Part shown: in pieces, positions 60,564 through 64,000 of the stretch
Layout of the letters: every line of letters begins with the position of its first letter
Position numbering within the stretch: position 1 is the stretch's first letter
Assembly (NCBI GenBank): GCA_045599645.1
Contig: JAZRWI010000004.1
Coordinates: 76,803-140,802 of the forward strand
Length of the DNA stretch: 64,000 nt
Source: Candidatus Avigastranaerophilus sp.
GTDB taxonomy: Bacteria; Muiribacteriota; Ozemobacteria; Ozemobacterales; Ozemobacteraceae
Direction of reading: 5' to 3'
Notes under the pieces: model-generated
Seen by the model: only the letters and a program-made list of their open reading frames with translations
Database searches by the model: none
What the model was told of the DNA's origin: nothing
Made by a program: the position numbers and the translations under genes

Positions 60564-60677
60564 AATTAAACGTGTAAAAATGTTATCCAAGTGCAATTTA
60601 TGTTATGAGCAAATGAGAATCTCTATATTTAAAACTGGTATGGAAAATAATCAGTCATACATCAGAAAAAAAATAAA

Positions 60678-63668
60678 ATGAATAAGAATACTAGCTTAGC
60701 AATCTGCATCATTGTTTTGATATTATCATTTTTCATTGTCAGAGACTTTGTTCCTTCTAAGAATACTTCTAGCAATGTAGAAACTAACGAATATTTCACT
60801 TCTTTAAAGTCATTAGAAGGGAAAATAATTGCTACAAATGAAAGCACAAGTTTTGACCAATTTATGGAAGAGCATTATCCCGGAAAATTTAAATATTTGT
60901 ATTTCTCTTCCTTAGCAGATTCTATTGCGGCATTAAAAACCAACAAAGTTCAAGCAGTTATCTGCGACCTACCCGTTGCAGAATTAGCAACGAAACGACA
61001 GAGCGACCTATCGATACTTCCAGAAAAGTTAGGCGGTGACGAGTATGGTTTCGCCTTTGCCAAAAACAGTAAAATATTCAATGAATTTAAAAATGAAATT
61101 GATAAATTAAAAAATGAAGGAATTATATATAAGCTAAAAAATATTTGGACAAACTCAGATGAATCATTAAAAATATTACCTGACCAGAATTGGCCTGGCT
61201 CTAAGGGAATAATTAGAATAGCCTGTGCTCCGGATTACGAACCGATGTCATATACAGCAAAAGATGGCAAGCTAACAGGCCTGGACATAAACATACTAAT
61301 TCTTGCAGCGAAAGACCTGGACTACAAGCTCGATTTTATCTCAGCAGGTTTTTCTGGACTTCTACAAGGCTTAACCACAGGCAAATACGATATTGTATGT
61401 GGTGGATTATCCATAACAAAGGAAAGAAAATTATTATATGATTTTGTAGAATACTATAAAAGCAGTAGTGCTCTACTGATAAAATCACATCCAACTGATT
61501 ATTATTCTTTAAAACAACTTCAAAACAACGCCAAAACAATCGCCTTCCCTCTAGGCAGTTATGGAGAGTTCTTTGTTCAAAAATATTTTCCTAATCAAAA
61601 GCGGGTTTCTTTTGGTGATGATGCCACTTCAGTCTACTCTATTGCAGGTGGCAAAGCTGACGCTTTTGTAACAACTAAAAGAGTGCTGGAAAAATTAATG
61701 GCCCAGGGAATCAGCGGTGTTAAATTATTACCTGAAAAGATTGAAGATAAGGCTCAGGTTGCATTTGGGATTTCCAAAGAGCCAAGAATAAAAGATTTAA
61801 AGCAACAGCTTAACAATTTCATCTCTGAATTAAAAAATAGCGGTGAATTAGAGAAAATTGAAAAAAAATGGACAAAAGGCAAAAATGAACAAATGCCGGA
61901 ATTACTCCACAAAGATAATTCTTCCTTTATATTAAAAGTTGGAACCATAGGGAAACTTCCTCCTGCTTCATACATAAAAAACAATAGTTTATGCGGGAAC
62001 GACATAGAACTGATTATTCGGTTTGCCAATAAAATTGGAGCTGATATTAATTTTGTATTATTAGATTTTTCAAGTCTAATAGCTGCCATTCAAGCCGGAA
62101 CTATAGATGTAATTGCATCTAATCTTAATATAACAGAAGAAAGAAAGAAAATAATTGATTTCTCTGAACCCTATTATTACGAAGAAATGGCAATTTTAGT
62201 AAAAGATACCAAATCTAAGATCAAAGTAACCGCATTAGACGACTTGAATATCCCAGGAGTAAGAATTGGCTACCCACATCAAACTCAAGCAGAGCATTAT
62301 GTTCCAATCCTATATCCAAATTGTAAAGCTTTTGGTTTTGTAGATTCTGCTGACGGTATTTTGTCACTTAAAATCAATAAAATAGACGCATTCATCTATC
62401 CAAGGCCAAATATGGAATATTTCTTTTCACATGGAATGGCTGATCGTCTAAAAATACTCGATGGTAATTTAGGAGAACCAGTTAATATAGCCCTCGCCAT
62501 ATCTAGAAAGACAAAAATACCGAATCTTACAAAGCGGATAAATGAAAGTCTGGCTAAAATGAGAGCTGATGGAACCCTAGAACGACTATATCATAAATGG
62601 CATTTTGAAGAAAATCCTGTTTTTAATCCCAATGAATTACCGCAAAGCAATAATTTTATATTAAAAGTTGGAACAAATGGTCAAATTCCACCTTACAGCT
62701 ATTATATAGGAACAGAACTTACCGGCTATGATATTGAATTAATAAATCTGATAGCTGCCGAACTGGGGGCTAAAATTGAATTTTCCACAAACAGTTTTGC
62801 CGGACTTGTGGCAGCATTGGAAACAGGGAACATAGACGTCATTGCTTCGAATCTATTTATTACCGATGACGGCAAAGAAGTTGCAGATTATTCAGACATT
62901 CTTTACGCTACCTACGATGCGGTTACAGTCAAAGAAACAGAATCAAACAATGAATATTCATTTACTACAGCAATTAAAGAATACAAGGAAAGTTTCAAAA
63001 AGACCTTTATCACAGAAGATCGCTGGAAAATTTTATTAAGTGGTCTGACAACTACAATAATAATTTCAACCTGCTCTGGCATCATAGGCGGTTTATTTGG
63101 CTTCTTTTTATGCGTTCTTCGAAGATTAAAGAACAAATTGCTAACCAAATGTATTATTTATTTTATCAGAATTATTCAAGGCATTCCCACGGTTCTACTA
63201 CTAATGATTCTTTACTATGTAGTATTTGCCAAATCAGATATAGACCCATCTATTGTGGCAATAATAGGCTTTTCTATTAATTTTGGTGTTTATACATCAG
63301 AAATGATGAGAACTGCTTTGGAATCCATAGACAAAGGGCAGGAAGAAGCTGCCTTGGCTCTTGGTTTTTCACCAATTCAATCCTTTTTTAAGATAGTATT
63401 CCCTCAGGCTGCCATTTATTTCATTCCCGTGGTTAAAGGAGAATTTATTGCCATGGTAAAGCTAACTGCCATTGTCGGTTATATTGCATGTCATGACTTA
63501 ACCAAGGCCAGCGATATTATACGTTCACGCACTATGGAAGCATTCTTTCCGTTAATATCGACTGCTTTAATATACTTTATCACAGCAAATCTATTAATCT
63601 TACTGCTTAGCAAAATAGAACTCAATCTCAATCCCAAGACTCGTAAGAAAGTTATTGCTGATTTATAA
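60678..63668 (+). CDS. Fusion of multiple SBP_bac_3 substrate-binding domains to a polar-amino-acid ABC transporter permease (GlnP-like)
   Basis: 996 aa. Half-domain, two full SBP3 domains (ILKVGT...ERK...DFS.PYY), another N-lobe, then a TM permease with EAA-type loop (ALGFSPIQSFFKIVFPQA). No ATPase gene adjacent. Confidence 0.75.
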   Translation: MNKNTSLAICIIVLILSFFIVRDFVPSKNTSSNVETNEYFTSLKSLEGKIIATNESTSFDQFMEEHYPGKFKYLYFSSLADSIAALKTNKVQAVICDLPVAELATKRQSDLSILPEKLGGDEYGFAFAKNSKIFNEFKNEIDKLKNEGIIYKLKNIWTNSDESLKILPDQNWPGSKGIIRIACAPDYEPMSYTAKDGKLTGLDINILILAAKDLDYKLDFISAGFSGLLQGLTTGKYDIVCGGLSITKERKLLYDFVEYYKSSSALLIKSHPTDYYSLKQLQNNAKTIAFPLGSYGEFFVQKYFPNQKRVSFGDDATSVYSIAGGKADAFVTTKRVLEKLMAQGISGVKLLPEKIEDKAQVAFGISKEPRIKDLKQQLNNFISELKNSGELEKIEKKWTKGKNEQMPELLHKDNSSFILKVGTIGKLPPASYIKNNSLCGNDIELIIRFANKIGADINFVLLDFSSLIAAIQAGTIDVIASNLNITEERKKIIDFSEPYYYEEMAILVKDTKSKIKVTALDDLNIPGVRIGYPHQTQAEHYVPILYPNCKAFGFVDSADGILSLKINKIDAFIYPRPNMEYFFSHGMADRLKILDGNLGEPVNIALAISRKTKIPNLTKRINESLAKMRADGTLERLYHKWHFEENPVFNPNELPQSNNFILKVGTNGQIPPYSYYIGTELTGYDIELINLIAAELGAKIEFSTNSFAGLVAALETGNIDVIASNLFITDDGKEVADYSDILYATYDAVTVKETESNNEYSFTTAIKEYKESFKKTFITEDRWKILLSGLTTTIIISTCSGIIGGLFGFFLCVLRRLKNKLLTKCIIYFIRIIQGIPTVLLLMILYYVVFAKSDIDPSIVAIIGFSINFGVYTSEMMRTALESIDKGQEEAALALGFSPIQSFFKIVFPQAAIYFIPVVKGEFIAMVKLTAIVGYIACHDLTKASDIIRSRTMEAFFPLISTALIYFITANLLILLLSKIELNLNPKTRKKVIADL

Positions 63669-63689
63669 TATTTTCTTTGCCACCTAAAA

Positions 63690-63726
63690 TTCAAAACACA
63701 CATTCGAATGAAATGTGTGTTTTTTA
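63690..63726. terminator. Bidirectional rho-independent terminator (aacacacatt/aatgtgtgtt)
   Basis: 10-bp stem, then a T-run. Lies between convergent genes. Confidence 0.7.
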
Positions 63727-63727
63727 T

Positions 63728-63980
63728 ATGTCTGTATTATGTTGTTTTTATTTTCGTTCTCTTAATTCTCGACGGAGAATTTTTCCTACAGAGCTTTTTG
63801 GAAGAGCGTCCATAAATTCGATATGTCTAGGAACCTTATAATTTGCCAATCTTTCTCTACAGAATGAAGCTATATCCTTCTCTGTTAGATTAGCTCCGGG
63901 AGTCTTTACGATATATGCTTTAACATCTTCCCCGCGAAGGTCATTATTAACACCTACTACACAAGCTTCAGCGATTAACG
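63728..63980 (-). CDS. AMP-dependent synthetase/ligase (acyl-CoA synthetase) C-terminal part; gene continues beyond the window end
   Basis: Hand translation ...VKTPGANLTEKDIASFCRERLANYKVPRHIEFMDALPKSSVGKILRRELRERK*, typical AMP-binding C-terminus. The listing ends at base 63980. Confidence 0.7.
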
Positions 63981-64000
63981 GATGCTGATAAAGGACTTCT

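Noticed and set aside
1-63980. tRNA, rRNA or tmRNA genes
   Set aside because: No cloverleaf-like GTTC-arm/acceptor patterns and no rRNA-like conserved blocks were found by eye. Not excluded for small ncRNAs (see the GC-rich segment at 41660-41815).

Overview
Low-GC (~35%) bacterial chromosome segment. The listing ends at base 63980, not 64000. It has three parts.

1. 1-16.7 kb, housekeeping genes: a partial GH13 glycosidase, a 2x[4Fe-4S] ferredoxin, serC-serA plus a HAD-IB hydrolase, murB, a cyclophilin, sppA, an OYE-family oxidoreductase and an S4-domain protein. Two divergent promoter regions (7.3-7.5 kb and 9.2-9.6 kb) carry heptanucleotide (GGAAGCT-type) microsatellites, a shared ~110-bp repeat and a ~220-bp MITE-like element. 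A second MITE copy lies at 60.3 kb.

2. About 17.3-41.2 kb, a surface-polysaccharide locus. It contains hldD, an FkbM methyltransferase and a Wzx flippase. It also contains a complete GDP-colitose-type pathway (gmd, a ColD-like 3-dehydratase with the His-for-Lys active-site signature, a ColC/Fcl-like gene, manC, a type I PMI) and a GT11 fucosyl/colitosyltransferase-like gene. A TupA-like ATP-grasp + HAD + HisC-like aminotransferase module, a DUF616 protein, two GT2, one GT4 and an NAD epimerase complete it. Inserted into the locus are an Rpn/YhgA-like PD-(D/E)XK nuclease gene with an internal RpnS-like small ORF plus an extra free-standing copy, duplication scars of the hldD and rpn 3' ends, a DUF234 AAA ATPase flanked by ~40-bp direct repeats (with a remnant copy 3 kb upstream), and a COG2865 Schlafen/AlbA_2-type ATP-binding regulator translationally coupled to the GT4 gene.

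3. 41.8-64 kb: a Bat/MoxR aerotolerance-type cluster (BatD-like, moxR, DUF58, two membrane proteins, batA, batB, TPR batC with in-frame tandem repeats). Then a zeta-toxin-like P-loop kinase with an overlapping small upstream ORF, an amidohydrolase lipoprotein, an M3 peptidase, a GAF/degenerate-GGDEF protein, a CBAH-family Ntn hydrolase and a type-B carboxylesterase. Last are a 996-aa fusion of several SBP_bac_3 domains to an ABC permease and the 3' end of an acyl-CoA synthetase.

A 12-copy, 36-bp-period array of imperfect TTGTT-N5-AACAA palindromes with DnaA-box-like cores lies in the divergent region upstream of hldD. No tRNA, rRNA or CRISPR array was seen.
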